This document shows, piece after piece, positions 50,701 to 63,070 of a DNA stretch of 64,000 bases. The first letter of the stretch is position 1. Every line of letters starts with the position of its first letter. The position numbers and the translations under genes are program-made. The notes beneath the pieces were generated by a model. The model was given only the letters and a program-made list of their open reading frames with translations. It was not told the origin of the DNA and made no database searches. The stretch comes from Raillietiella orientalis (taxonomy: Eukaryota): the NCBI GenBank assembly GCA_036172245.1, contig JAYWIR010000012.1:4030001-4094000 (forward strand), read 5' to 3'.

Positions 50701-53700
50701 GCGTGGCGGGGTGCACCTCGGGGTTTTGACTTCAGAGAGCTCGGATCCCTTCTCTCCCCTCCCCCCTCTCCTTCACCCCCTCTGCCGGGGACCGCAAGAC
50801 TTTTCCAAGTGCGGGGCACGGAGGAGCGGCCGGGGGTTCCCGGTCCAGCGTCTCGGAGCGGGAAGGGAGAGGGGTGCTTCCCCCGAGGGGCATAGTGCTC
50901 AGCAGGATCGGCCCCGTCCCTCACGTGCCGGTGCAAGGTGGGCGGTTGGACGGGGGGTTTCCGTCGTCTCAGGGTCAGGCGGGAAGCTCCTTGCTGTTTC
51001 CGTGGTTTTCACGAAGTGCTCGTGGACACAGAGGTGGGAGGGAGAGAGGGCAGGGGAAGGGGACCTGTGGCCGGGAGCTGCTGAGGACCGGCACGTCGTG
51101 CTGGGCGCTGCTGCGAGCTGAGATCCGATAGCGAGCCCCAGGCATCCCCCGCCCTTGCCGGCAGCAAGGTCTCACGCAGACGCTGGGAGTGCAAGAGCTC
51201 CGGACGACTCATGGTCGCAGGCATTCATAGTCCGCCGCTACGACCCCCTCACTCCTCTCTTGAAGGGGAGCCATCTTGTGTCGGGGCGGCGGCTTGTGCT
51301 CCAGGGGACGAGCAGGGCAGGGTGGGTGTGAGAGCGAAAGAGGGAACACCACCTCTTCCTGGTGCCCTACAAGAAAGCCCCCCTCCCCTTCCTGACGCGG
51401 TGATCGCTTGGAGCGCCGACGGCCGGAGATAAGATCGCGCGCCCTTTGCTGCGGGAATCAGTCTTTCCTGTGGTCTAGGACGGATCCGATCTCCGGGTCA
51501 CCGGCTGCGAGGTCGTCGAGACACCGGAACCCCCACAGAGGGGTCTACAGGCGCTGCAATGGCGCCCGCTCGACGTAACAGCAAGCCGAACGGTCTTTTC
51601 CGCTGCCAAGCGGGCTCACTCCCCCCTCCCCCTGTCCGAACGGGCTGCAGGTTTGCCGCCGCCACTCCGCCGCTGTCGACCTGCGGGAACGAGGGAAAAC
51701 GCTCGCGCTGTCCGTGCGATGCTACCGGAGGAGCGAGGCCGGGAAAGGAAGGGGGAAGAGGAGGAGGAACCGCACGCGGCAGGAAAAGCACAGGCCCTCG
51801 TCTAGCAAAGGCGGAAGCGTCCGCGACTGCAGCGAGTCTTCTCACCACGGGAAGGGCGGAAGCGATCGCGTCGACAGGAAGGGACGCTCGCGGAACTCCG
51901 GGACGCTTCCGGGAAACGCCCGGGCGAGAAGGGAAGGACCGTGAACGGTTTGCTGTCTCAAGGGCAAAGGCCGGGACGGCGCTAAAGGAACGGCGAAATT
52001 TCCTTCGGCCCGAGTGACCGGATCGTCCGAGGCGGAGGCCGCGGCGCCAGCTGTCCCGCGCTGGAGGTGGCGCGGTCGCGAGCTCCGTCGATTCGAATCG
52101 CCCCTGCAGGTCCCGTTTTCTCGACAGTGCGATGGCGCCCTGACAGCTCAGGCCTCGGGTGACCGGTCCCCGATTCCCGGGTGCCTGTCCGGAAATCGGG
52201 ATACCGGACCCTTTCCAACCCTTTCCGGAAATGAGGGAATGATTTCTCCTTCCTCCCAGGAGGTCCCAGCGACCCTCTTTGAGAGCGCGTTGGATGGGTG
52301 TGGAACCATGAAAGACCCCCGGGAGCGACTCCATGCAGTACTGTTCTGGAGAACCGCCCCCGCGCTCCTGTGGGGTGAAGCAGTGGCTTCGAAGAACCTG
52401 GGTAATCCGAGCTGGCTAGCGATGCTGCCAGCAGGGAGCGCTCCCTTCAGGTGGTTTCCCAGACAGCAGGGATGAAGCGTCCTGTCCTCGACGTCGCGTG
52501 AAGTCCAGAAGACACGAGGCGGGGGGACGGAGTTTCCGCCCGATGGCGTAGGGGCGTTCACTGCAGGGAAAGAACTGGAAAAGTCGTCCCCCCTCGCAGT
52601 AGGGCTCGAGTGCCCCCTGCGCGCGATCCTCCCAATTCCAGGAAACGTTTCGGCTCTCCAGCAGCTCGAGCAGCAGGGTCTGCACAGGGAGAATAGGGGT
52701 GTAGAGTGCACGAGGAGCAGAACGAACCTCAGGAAAAAATGGTCTCCCGAAAAGACTGGGGGGGGGAGGGGTGGCAAAGAGGGAATCACAGGCGACCTCA
52801 GCATCCGGTCCGGGATGTGGCCATCTCGTCTCCGTCCCCAGGCAGGAGAATAGGGTAGGGACAGTCGTTGGGCTGACCCTTCCTGGCGAAGTCCTTCGCC
52901 GCCGCGGCCACGCCGCGGCAGCATCTACCTGCTGCAGTCGCCGCTGCAGGCGACATCGCGCTGCGCGGGAAGAGGCGCGTCTCCCCAAAGGCTTCCGCAC
53001 CTGCGTTGTCCCTCTGTGATTGCAGGTCCGCGGCTTCGAAAGCCGCCACGCACGAGGGAGGGAAGGACGCCCCAAATCAACAGGTGCGGGAAGTTCCCAT
53101 TTCACTTCTCCTGGAAGAGTTTGGGACCGCAGCTTCCCGGTCCAGACGCTGTCTCACTGCATAACGGCGAGGAGGCGGAAGTCCCTCCGTGGCAAGGATT
53201 TGCCTGCGACAGGCTTCTTGCAAGGACTTCCGATGAATGGGATCGGAGAATGCGGAAACTTCAGGCATCCAGACGAGTGCAAGGCGCCCCCCTCCTGTCG
53301 CCCCTCCCTGGGTGAGGTGATCGAGCAGGGAACCAGACTGCGCCCCTTTGCGTGGACTTTCGGGAGAGACTGTGAGCGTGTACCGTTCATGAAATTCTTC
53401 AGATTTCTCGACCCCCTTTCTCTCCTCCCCTTTCCCCATTAATATGAAGGAGGCTGCTCTGCCAGCAGCACGGGCAGTACGGAGAAGCCCCACCCGGTCG
53501 CGTAGGGGCGGTCGCTCACCAGAGAGGAACATCCAGAAGTCCCATCCGCAGTCCGACAATCCTGAAGAGACTGCCGACGGAGGCGAACGGAAGAAGAGAA
53601 GAAGAAAAAACGAAAACAAATAGGGCCACTCGCAGTTATAAAAGGGTGGGAGGAGTAGGGAAGGGATCGCCCGCTGCCCGTTCCATCGGATCCCCTGCAC

Positions 53701-55344
53701 CCTTCGCAGGATGGACTCTTCCCAACGGAGTCCCAGATAGATTCGTCTCGTCGTGATCCGCGGGAAGGGGGTCTCTGCGTGTGGGAGACTCCCCTGTCCC
53801 TGAGGCCGCTCCTGACCATGAAGCGGCGGCAGCGTCTCTTCAGGGCGGCAGCAGAAGCGCGCGCGAAGGGACTCTCCTCGGAGGCAACTGGGGCTGTCCT
53901 CCGGGATAAGGAGGACCTTGGAGGGAGTCCCCACAATGCCCGTCGGTAGGAAACGGCAGTGGGGTACGGAAGGGATCCCCTCCGCCCCGCACCTGGCGCA
54001 ATTCGGAGCAACACTCTCCCCCTCCTTCCCCCTCCTCTCACCCGTTGGGGTGCAAGACCGATGTTTTGTCGTCCAGGAGGGCGGAACTGCTGCTCAATTT
54101 GAGGACAACGGCTGATGCAGCTGGATGCGGCTCTGATGAGAGCCTGCCCGCGAAATTCCGAGACGCACCGGTCGGTTGCGGGGCAGCGGCGTCGTGGCTA
54201 CCTCGCAACCGTGGCCGCATGAAGGTGCTTGGTTTCCCACGTACTGGAGCAGATCTCTCCTTCACGGAAGGACAGCAGGGTCTCTCCTGTCACACCGCGA
54301 ACCGTAGCGCTCGGCGGCGGGAGGCAGCAGGCGTGGATGGATGCTCATTACGGGCACACACTCCACTCTCTGATACGTCCCGTCCACAGCCTGGGACCAA
54401 TCCTCCTGGAAGAAGTGGAAAGGAACGGGAAGAAGTAGACCCGAACCACTTCCACACCCTATCCTCCCTACGGGAGAGAAACAGCTGCCAACCGCTGAGG
54501 AAGGTGGCCTCGTTCCGGAGGAGGAGTCACGAAATTGGTGGGGCTGTGGAAGGGAGGGGGGGTAGTTGACTGACGTGGCGACACCCGGTGGCCTCGCTGA
54601 AGGCAGAGTATCCTAGACACTGCGTTGTAGGAGACTGCAACCCCTCCCTTCTATTTGGTGGGTATCTCTGCGCTTCCCCTCAGATGGCACGAGGAGGCTT
54701 TGCCGTTCGTGCGCTGGCGCTTTCTGCGCAATCGGCAGCTCCATCTCCGGACGAAAGGGAATGTCGCTTGCGAACTGCTCCAGCTGAGAAGAAACAGAAA
54801 CTTTCCTGCACCTGCCGCCGGGACGCGCTGACTTAGGGGTGAGGAAGCGACCCGTGGCTGTTCCACTTCGAGCCGCGGGCGCCCTGTAGGAGCCGCCGCG
54901 GCGACGCTTCACACGGAACGGGCTTTCGCCTCTTTCCCCGATCGCCCCATCCGTGTCTCTCCCGGAACGCCGATGACGCGCGCCAGCAGGGAGGAAGGAT
55001 CCACCCCGGAAGAGATGAGGAATGCTACAAAACGGCCTGCGAAGGATGCCAGGATGGTGGAGGAATTCGTTTTAGAAGATGCAGGTGACTGGTGGCCCCT
55101 GTCCCTCAGTTAGCGTTGGGGACCCTGGTGCATTCTCGTGCAGGGTTGCCTTCACTCTGAAGCCGGTCGTGGAGAGCGCGGTCCGAGACGTCCACTACGA
55201 CGACCAGGAAGGTCGCGTAGGGCAGCTGCGCCCGACGGATCCGATGAGCGATCGACCACGTCATCACGCACGCGTGCTCTTCCAGGAGCGTGGAGAATCT
55301 CCCGCAGTCGGGTTGACTCGCCCCGTACGCCCATCAAGGGTTCT

Positions 55345-56330
55345 TCATCCGGTTGCTCCGGGGCGTTTGTTGTAAACACACACACAGCCAACCAACAGTC
55401 AAATGGCGCTGATAGGAGTCTCGGTGCTGCCACGTCTCGAAGGACGCGGAAACTTGCCGGTACGACGGCGGTAGCGAACCTCGCCGACAAAGGGCAGTGG
55501 GCAGGCAAAAGGGGGAAAAAAAACTAAGAGGAGTCGTTGTTTGGTGTCCTTTGCATCTTTTCAAGGATAATGGCAAGTTTCATCCCTTGATCGTCCAAGC
55601 GTAGCCATCTCGCGGAGAACCCCATATAGATTCTCGCCCGCTGGATGGAGTCTCTATTGAGCTCCCCTCTTCTCGAAGCTCTGCAAGCCGCCACTAGGCA
55701 GCAGCAAACTGCCGCTAAGCACGCGGAGGGTGGCGGCGCATCACACGCGGAGAATCGTTTGGTCACGCCTCTTTGGTTGCTCACCAGGATCTGGAGGGCC
55801 GTCGAAAAGCATTCCCACAAAGGGCGGATGATATGTCGGTCCAATTGCCTGTGTGATGACTCTGCACCTTTCACAGTTCGGATCCACATTCCCCTGGGCC
55901 CAGTGATGGGGGCATGCTTTGCACGGAACACCCCAGTGCAAGATCAGGCAACCCAAACTCTATCCACTTCAAGGAGAGGTAGGGACTCTCCGCAAGTATC
56001 GTAGGGCAACACCAAATCTTCTGGGCGAACCTGCGAAAGCCGGACCCAGAGGGGCACTCGGGATCGCAGCGTCTGTCAGCTCGGGTGTCGAATACCGACC
56101 GGAAGTCATTGTCACTTTTTTCCTGAAATGCTGCAGATCACCTTCTGCCTTGCCGGTGTTCCAGTGTCACTTGCCTCCCGGACAGAAGGCGGCACTGAGA
56201 CAAGTAAACGAAGCCCACAGGGCCTTTTGTGGGTTGTTGAGGACCTCCCGCTGCAACCAACGAGAGAGAGCACCTACCACATTGCAGGAAGGAAGAGATC
56301 TTGTCCCTCCGCGTGTGAACCGACTAACTA
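55345..56330 (-). mobile_element. L1/Tx1-like LINE 3' fragment (copy A)
   Basis: ORF 55524..55931 C-terminus (ACLAAVCCCLVAAC..KLAIILEKMQRTP) matches the family. 3' UTR hairpin at 55349-55361. Confidence 0.7.
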
Positions 56331-56799
56331 GACCCAGGCAGCGCAGTCGCGGGTAAACAGGAGATACAGAGTTCTACGGTAAGTCAGCCATCCTCCGAAG
56401 TTTATATCCGGAATATGTCGGACTCCGGTGGCCGCCGGCAAGGACCAGTGTTGGTCCGTCGCGTCCGACCTCTCGCTCGGCGAGGAGGCGTTCAGGAGCG
56501 CAACCACGGAGTCATTCACAGCATCGCTGGAAAGGCAAGTCTTCCCAATCGGAGCTGATGCTACGTCCTACGGGCATCTATTATGAAAATAATAAAAATA
56601 GATTTTAGTGATAGAACACTTGGTTTTACCACGTTCGAGTGCTGTCTTCCACTTGCCGCTAGGGTTCTATGCAAAGACACGGGGGATGGGGAAAAACAAA
56701 ACAAAAATACACAAAAAAAGGGTAGACAGTTTGGGGATGAGAGGATGGGAAGGGATCCCTGCGTGTCCCGCGAAGTCCCGTACATCCGTCTGGATTACC

Positions 56800-57364
56800 A
56801 CCTGGGTGCGCCGGGGCGTCGATTTCACATAAAAATAAACATTTACAAAGATTGTGGTTGGAGCGGTGTTCCAACCACGTCCTTTCCAGAGCAAACCGGT
56901 GCGCAGACCAGCGAGGGCCGTCAAGGTAGCAGAGGAAACAAAAGGAAAAAAGGAACAAAAATAAAAACAAATAAACAAATTTCGGTAGAGGAGGAGATGC
57001 GGAGATGGAATGCTGTCTGCTGGGAGCGGTGCTCTGTATCCTCTGTAGGATGACGGCAAGCTCTTTTTGTATACAGTCCTTCACGTGGGACCATCTTGTT
57101 GCCATCCTCATGAATCGAACGGCATAGTGGATGTGGCACCCCTGTCGCTCGGATCCCGTGTAGTTAGCAGCGATCTGCTAGCGAGGCTGCTGACCGAAGG
57201 GCGTAGAGTAGGAGGAGGGGTCTCAAAGCGTTCTTGGAGTTGCCGGATTCCAGGGTCGAGGCGAAACGTTCCTAGAGACGCCGAGGCAACACAATCCACG
57301 AGCAGGTGAGTGAGGGATTCGCGCTCCCTGAACGTGCCACAGTTCGGATACACACATACACACG
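56800..57364 (-). mobile_element. L1/Tx1-like LINE copy B, 3' part (continues at 60333-61210)
   Basis: PNCGTFRERESLTHLLVDC (CCHC of the ORF2 C-terminus), T-rich UTR and terminal motif at 56801-56815. Confidence 0.7.
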
Positions 57365-60332
57365 TTTTTTGTGAAGCCAGCAGTCGACGCCGCAGTCAAA
57401 GGCGTACGCTTCGACAAGGACTGACGGGTTGGCCAGCTGATCCTTAGGTGGTCCGACTCGATCGACCTTGTCGTGACAAACGTGTACGCTCCTAGAGGCG
57501 GATGAGGGTACGGGGAACATTCCCGGTTCCTTGAAACCCTGAAGCGCGACTGGCTGGCTGATACAAACGTACGCAAGACACACCTGATCGGTGGGGATTT
57601 CAACATCCGCCTGCTGTCACGTGTGCCTTGCAGGCAAAAAGATGCTGCCAACGAGTTGTGCGCAGCGATGCGGGCGCGCAACTTGTTGGGGGACCTCCCG
57701 GAAATGGTCCAAAGCGTCGACCACGCTTTCCTTAACTCCGACCTGTGCCCACGGGTCGGCAGACGAGGGAAACTTCCATCGACGCTGTCCGACCATTTCT
57801 GGTTGATTTTCGAGGTTATGCCTCGCGACAAAGGCCCATCATCCAGGGCTGGCGTCTGCCCGGGGACTGGACGCGCATCTCAGTTGCGGCGGAACATCTC
57901 TGTCGATTCCTGAGAGGCGTCACCCTCCGGAATCTCGCCGACTGGGACCGCATAAAGGTCTCAGTTCTGCGAGGAGTTCGCCTTGCACCGCCTGCCCCGG
58001 GGATTTGGTGTTGCCACCCGGGTAAGCCCGGGGCGTTTATTGAAACTCTACAAAAACGTGGTACGAGGCCCCACTAACGGCCGCACAACACCGGACCTGC
58101 TGGGACGCCGGGACGCAGCCCGGCGTGACGCTCCTCGGCAGTGGAGGGGAGTTTGGGAGAAAACAAAAAAAAATAAAATAAGGAAAAACAAAAGGAGTTT
58201 GGAGGGAGGGGAAGGGATCACTATCCACTAGGAGGAGGGCCCATTCTTCGCAGGATGCCCTCTAGGTCCTTCTGCGTTTGTCCCAGATGGGGCCATCTCG
58301 CAGCTCTTCGCATGAAGCTCACAGCATACGGGATGACTTCCCTCTCGTTGGCATCCACTCCTTCGTCGCAAATGTCGCTCCAGGCCGCCACGATGCCCCG
58401 GATGCAGCAGAGGGCTGCGAGGGCTGCGGCGGGCTGCAGGGCGTCCCGCACGAAGAGGGGCCGAAGAACGTCTCTGGGCGCGCTGCCCATTGGGAGCCCG
58501 AGGGTCGTCCCGAACCGTTCCCACAGGGGTCGGATGGCAGCACAGTCAACTAGAAGGTGGGGGAGCGATTCCCGCTCCCCACACCTGGCACACTAAGGGC
58601 TTACACTTCCTCGCGTCCCCGAAGGGGAGAACTCCTTCCGAAGGGAGGAGACCTCCATAAATGAAGCAACTAGCGTCCGATCACAATTGTGAACACGGAC
58701 GCCAAGTTGCTGGCTGGACTGTGAGCTGCGCGGCTGGGACAGGTAGCGGACAGCTTCATCAGCCCGGAACAGACTTACGCTGTTCTCGGGCGAATCATGG
58801 AAGCGAACCTGTTCTTCTCCAGCACATGGTTTCATGTACAAAGGGAAGAGAATAAGGGGAAACGAATTGTCGGCAACCCTGATTTGGGGGCGCCAGCGGG
58901 GCAGGTAAAAAACGATCGGGTAGGGAAGGGGGCTCGATCGCACTCGATCTGCATAAGGCATTCGATTGCGTGGACCAGGAAATCCTTCTGGAGCTCCTGG
59001 ATCGCATGGGCTTCCCGGCTGCCTTAACAGCCTACCTGCTCTCCTGCTGGCGCAATGGGATAATCACCGTTTCTTTCAGAGGACAAAACGTGTTCGGCGT
59101 GCCGGTAAGGCGCGGCATCCGGCAGGAAGACAGCCTGAGTCCCCTACTCTTCAGTACCTATTTCGAACTGGTGCTGAGAGCATACAGGGTGACTTTGGCT
59201 GCCTTGCCGAGCTCGTGCCCCAGCACTCTGGCCGTGTCGGCGTATGCTGACGATCTTCTGCTCCTGCTGCCCATGTCCGCCCCGGCTTCGACAGTCGAGA
59301 ATTTCTTCGACTTGCTGAGCCGCGGGACAGGACTACGGGTGAACAGGTCGATGTCGTCGGTGGTAGCGGTTGGTGCAACGTGGGCGGAGACGACCCCACC
59401 GACCACGGCGCTGCCCTTCCTGAGGAGGGCGCTCGGCAGCAGCCGAACGCCGAGGTGGCAATTCTCCTGCCGGATAGCGGTCAGGGAGCAGATGATGAGC
59501 GGCTGGATCACGAGGGAACTACCAAACCCAGTTCCCCCGAGTTCCCCCTACAGTTCCCCCGAGTGTCCTCCCGCGAGGAATTCGGAGATGGGGCGAACTG
59601 CTGGGTATCTTGCTGGATGACCTAAAGTGACCCCCGGTATTTACAGATACGTCCACCCTCCCCCTCAAATGGTAGGAAACGGCGCTGCTGCTGTTGCACG
59701 GGGGTCTTCCCTGCAACGCGCGCAGCCACCACTGGACGTTGGGGAAGGTGGGGCAGAAGTGTGCAGTGTGCGGAGAAAAGGAATCCCTCCCCCACCTGCT
59801 AGTGGACTGCGCTGCCCTCCGGCCTTTGTGAGAACGTCTTGCTACGACCCTCCGGATGCCGGTCGGCAGTCCCCACAGAGACGTTGTGCGACTCTTCGTG
59901 CGAGACGCCCTGCCACCAGCCTCAACCCTGGCAGCGCTCTGCTGCCTCCAAGGGATTGTGGCTGCGTGGAGCGCAGCCAACAGAGGAAGCAGAGATAGGG
60001 ACCCCATCGTACACGCGGGTCGCTACCTTCGAATCGCTATCGGACGGTCCCATCTGGGAGCTATGCAGAGGGACCTCGAGGACATCCTGGAAAGGATGGT
60101 CTCTTCCTCCAGAGAACAGTGATCCCTTCCCGGCCCACTCAAGTGTTTCCTTTTTTGTTTTTCTTTTTATTTTAATTTTTGTTTTCTCTTCCATCCCCTC
60201 CGCTGCCGAGAAGAGTCAAGCCAGTCTGCGCACCGGCTTCTAAGCAGGCCCCACGATCTATTGGCCGTAGCGGAGTCTCGTACCGCAAATGTACAGAGTT
60301 TGGAAATAAATGCCCTGGCGTGACCGGGTGGG
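57365..60332 (+). mobile_element. L1/Tx1-like LINE copy C: APE endonuclease, RT, CCHC and 3' UTR (decayed, internally deleted, interrupted by copy D)
   Basis: VTNVYAP, LIGGDFN and SDH (57470-57800). RGIRQEDSLSPLLF and AYADD (ORF 58970..59620). LLHGGLPCNAR..CAVCGEKESLPHLLVDC (about 59690-59810). AATAAA plus hairpin at 60305-60328. Confidence 0.9.
58012..58592 (-). mobile_element. L1/Tx1-like LINE 3' fragment (copy D) inserted in copy C
   Basis: ORF 58221..58490 (AALAALCCIRGIVAAW..WPHLG..LEGILRRM), 3' UTR and hairpin at 58017-58032. Confidence 0.8.
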
Positions 60333-61210
60333 AACACACACACGTGTCCAGTGATGCCGGCGGGCGTTGCACGGGAGGTCCCAGTGCAGCAGCATCAACG
60401 CTGACTGCTGCCACTCTAAGGGGAGGGTACAGGTGTTCATGAGCATCGGGGCCACTGCAGGTCTTCTTCCGGAATATCCAGCAGCACGTCCCAGCGCAAA
60501 AGTCCACGAGATCGAGCACTCGGGTTCGCAGCGTCGTTGAGTTGGTCCGTCGTCCACTCGCCCAGTCCTTTCTTCCTTCCGCAGATTTCCACAGTAACCT
60601 CCCATCTCCCATCTAGCCGCAAGGCTGCTGCCCATGTGTTCCCTCAAAGAAGGCAGCTCTGCATTGTGGGAGGTCGTTCCTGCCCACGTACTTTTCCATG
60701 GATCTTCAAGGATCTCGCGGAGCGGGCAGTTGTTGTAATACAGCCCCTATGGGAAACGTTGCGCATGTTCCGAGCATCGTTCCTGGTTGACCTCCCACGG
60801 GTGAGAGGAAACCTCTCACCCGTGGGACCGGGAATTACCTCTCGCGTGGTGGCCTAGATCCAGCCGGTGTTCTTCTTGGTGAGCGTGGCCACCCGCGGAA
60901 GCTGTAGTCCGCAATGGAAGATGTTGCCGCGACGATGCGCAAGGAAAGACGCGAGTCCCACGCTGCCGGTGGCTTGCTGGACTAGAAGGCGCGCAGGAGG
61001 TGTAATAGGTGGTACTCCACAACTTCGACACAAGGGCTGGACATCCGGAACTGGAACTGACGCTCCATTCGCTCCAGCATCAAGAGACCGAGACCGCCGT
61101 CGCGACGTGGAGCACAAAAGTCCTTCAGTCAGACTCGGGACCTCTTCGTGCCCCAAAGGGCAATCCTGATAAAGTCCTTCGTCCGCTTTCCGATCCTCTC
61201 CAGAGGGGGC
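60333..61210 (-). mobile_element. L1/Tx1-like LINE copy B, upstream part
   Basis: FCAPRRDGGLGL (post-RT motif) and LLHWDLPCNARRHHWT. Colinear with 11830-12600. Confidence 0.8.
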
Positions 61211-61214
61211 CAAA

Positions 61215-61900
61215 CAAAAAGCAGGGGGCGGAGGAAGGGAGCCACGAAAATGTTCCACACCGCTTTCATCCTCTGGAGGATGCTGGCAAGTTGGCGTTTG
61301 TCGATTCCCACATGGGACCATTTCGCGGCGATCCTCGAGAAGATTTTCGTCCTGTGGGTGGCGCCCCTGTCTCGCTCTCCTCTTCTCTCGGCGTTCCATG
61401 CCGCCACTCTTTCTCGCATGCAGCATGCGGTTGCTACGCACGCGGCAGTGTTCCACTCACGAAGAGGAGCTTGAATACGTCTCTGAGGTTGCCTCCGGGG
61501 ATCCGGAGGGCCTCTGCAAAACGTTCCCAAAGCGGCTGGAAGGTAACACAGTCAAGGAGCAGGTATGGGAAAATTTCCCGTTCTCTGTACCTGTCTCACT
61601 AGGTACCTGCACTTCCCAGGGTCCAATGGTGGAGGCGCGCTTTGCATGAGAATCTCCAACGCAGTAGTAGCAACGCTGATTCCCACCACTTTAGAGGGAT
61701 TTCTACAACACAGGATAATTCAGGATTCACCGCGATAAGCGTGCGGAGGTTCCTCTTTGCTCGCGGCGGCATGTCCCCTTCCCTGTGCTGGATACGCGGT
61801 ATCAGCCGGGAATGTGGGTTCGCTGCCTGCTGTTGGATTTTCGCGCTCGCGACGGCGAAAAAGCTGCAATCGTGGTGGAGGTCAGATGAACAGAGACGCC
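61215..61900 (-). mobile_element. L1/Tx1-like LINE fragment (copy E)
   Basis: PLKWWESALLLLRW..CKARLHHWT and ACVATACCMRERVAAW..KWSHVG..LASILQRM. Confidence 0.7.
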
Positions 61901-62479
61901 TTTCCATGGGAAACAACCCATGTTTCCCTTGTGATTTCGAAGATGAGGAGACGGCAGCACCTCTTTCGGCAGAAAGAGGAACTTTGCTGGCATCCTGCAA
62001 AACGCCCAGAGGACCCCAAGGGGTTCACAATGATCCCTTCCTTCGTCCATTCTCATCTTTTTGCAATCTTTTTCTTCTTCTTTAATGGCCTTTGAACAGA
62101 TGCACTTCCATTCCCACCCTTCGCTTTCCCTGTGCGTCACTCGCGAGCGGCAGAGCCTCCAGATCCGTAAGGGTGAAGAGGAAGATCAATTCCATCAAGA
62201 AAGATGATCGACTCTGCATGGCTGGTTGACTATAAACAAGTGAAATTTTTACTTAATTTTTTTTTTTTTTTTTACAACAAACGTCCCGGCGTGACTGGGT
62301 GGAAATACACGTGCCAGTCAGCCCTGCAGCAAGACATTGACGAAATCCGGCCGGCAGGCCCACCCTCTCCTGGCTTTTTCTTGAGCTTCCCGATGGAGAG
62401 GAGATGGTCACTCCCACCGTGCACGGCTTGCCGAGGAGCCCTTGCTCCTCCTCCCTAGCGCTGGCGCGCCTTCAATCAG

Positions 62480-63070
62480 CGAACGCTGCGAGGAGTCCGC
62501 GCCGGAATCTCTGCGAGCTCGTTGGCGGTGTTAGGGAGAAATACCGCCAGTGGGAAGCTGAGGGGGTGGAAAGCGCCAGGGGAGCAACCTGCTTGCAGAG
62601 CTTTCCCAGTGCTTAGCACCATAGCGCTGACCACGCTGGAGCACTTTCCGTGCACTCTGATTCGCGAAAGAGGCAAGGTGACCACCTCCTTCCAATCAGT
62701 AAGAGTAGGTCTCTCATCCAAAGGGGGGAAAGGGGGGATTATTACTGTCCTTCCAACGCCCATCTCGGCGGCATGGTTCCGTGCCCCTGTCGGAGAGCGG
62801 TTATGGCGCCTCAACAATCTTGGCGGTTCAGGCAGTCCTGCGGTCAGGGGGATGCCAGTGACTTGGCCTCACGTTGGGGGACTTCAGTCCAGCAGAAGTC
62901 TGATCCAGCAGTCTCCGGAGGTTCTCAATCTGATCCTGGACGGCAAGCTGCTCTCTAGCCGGAACGGACCGCAGGTGACCTTCGCCACCCTCCTCCTCCG
63001 ACCCCTGGTCATTGTCTGTCCCACATCCCCGAGTGCTGCAATACAGTCCACGGTGACCGCTGCTCACGAG
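62480..63070 (-). mobile_element. Possible LTR-retrotransposon gag relic
   Basis: IPPF...TDW......LSTGKAL resembles a retrotransposon gag core. Frameshifted. Confidence 0.3.

Noticed and set aside
50000..55300. ORFs in the GC-rich block
   Set aside because: Compositional ORFs with no recognisable domains.
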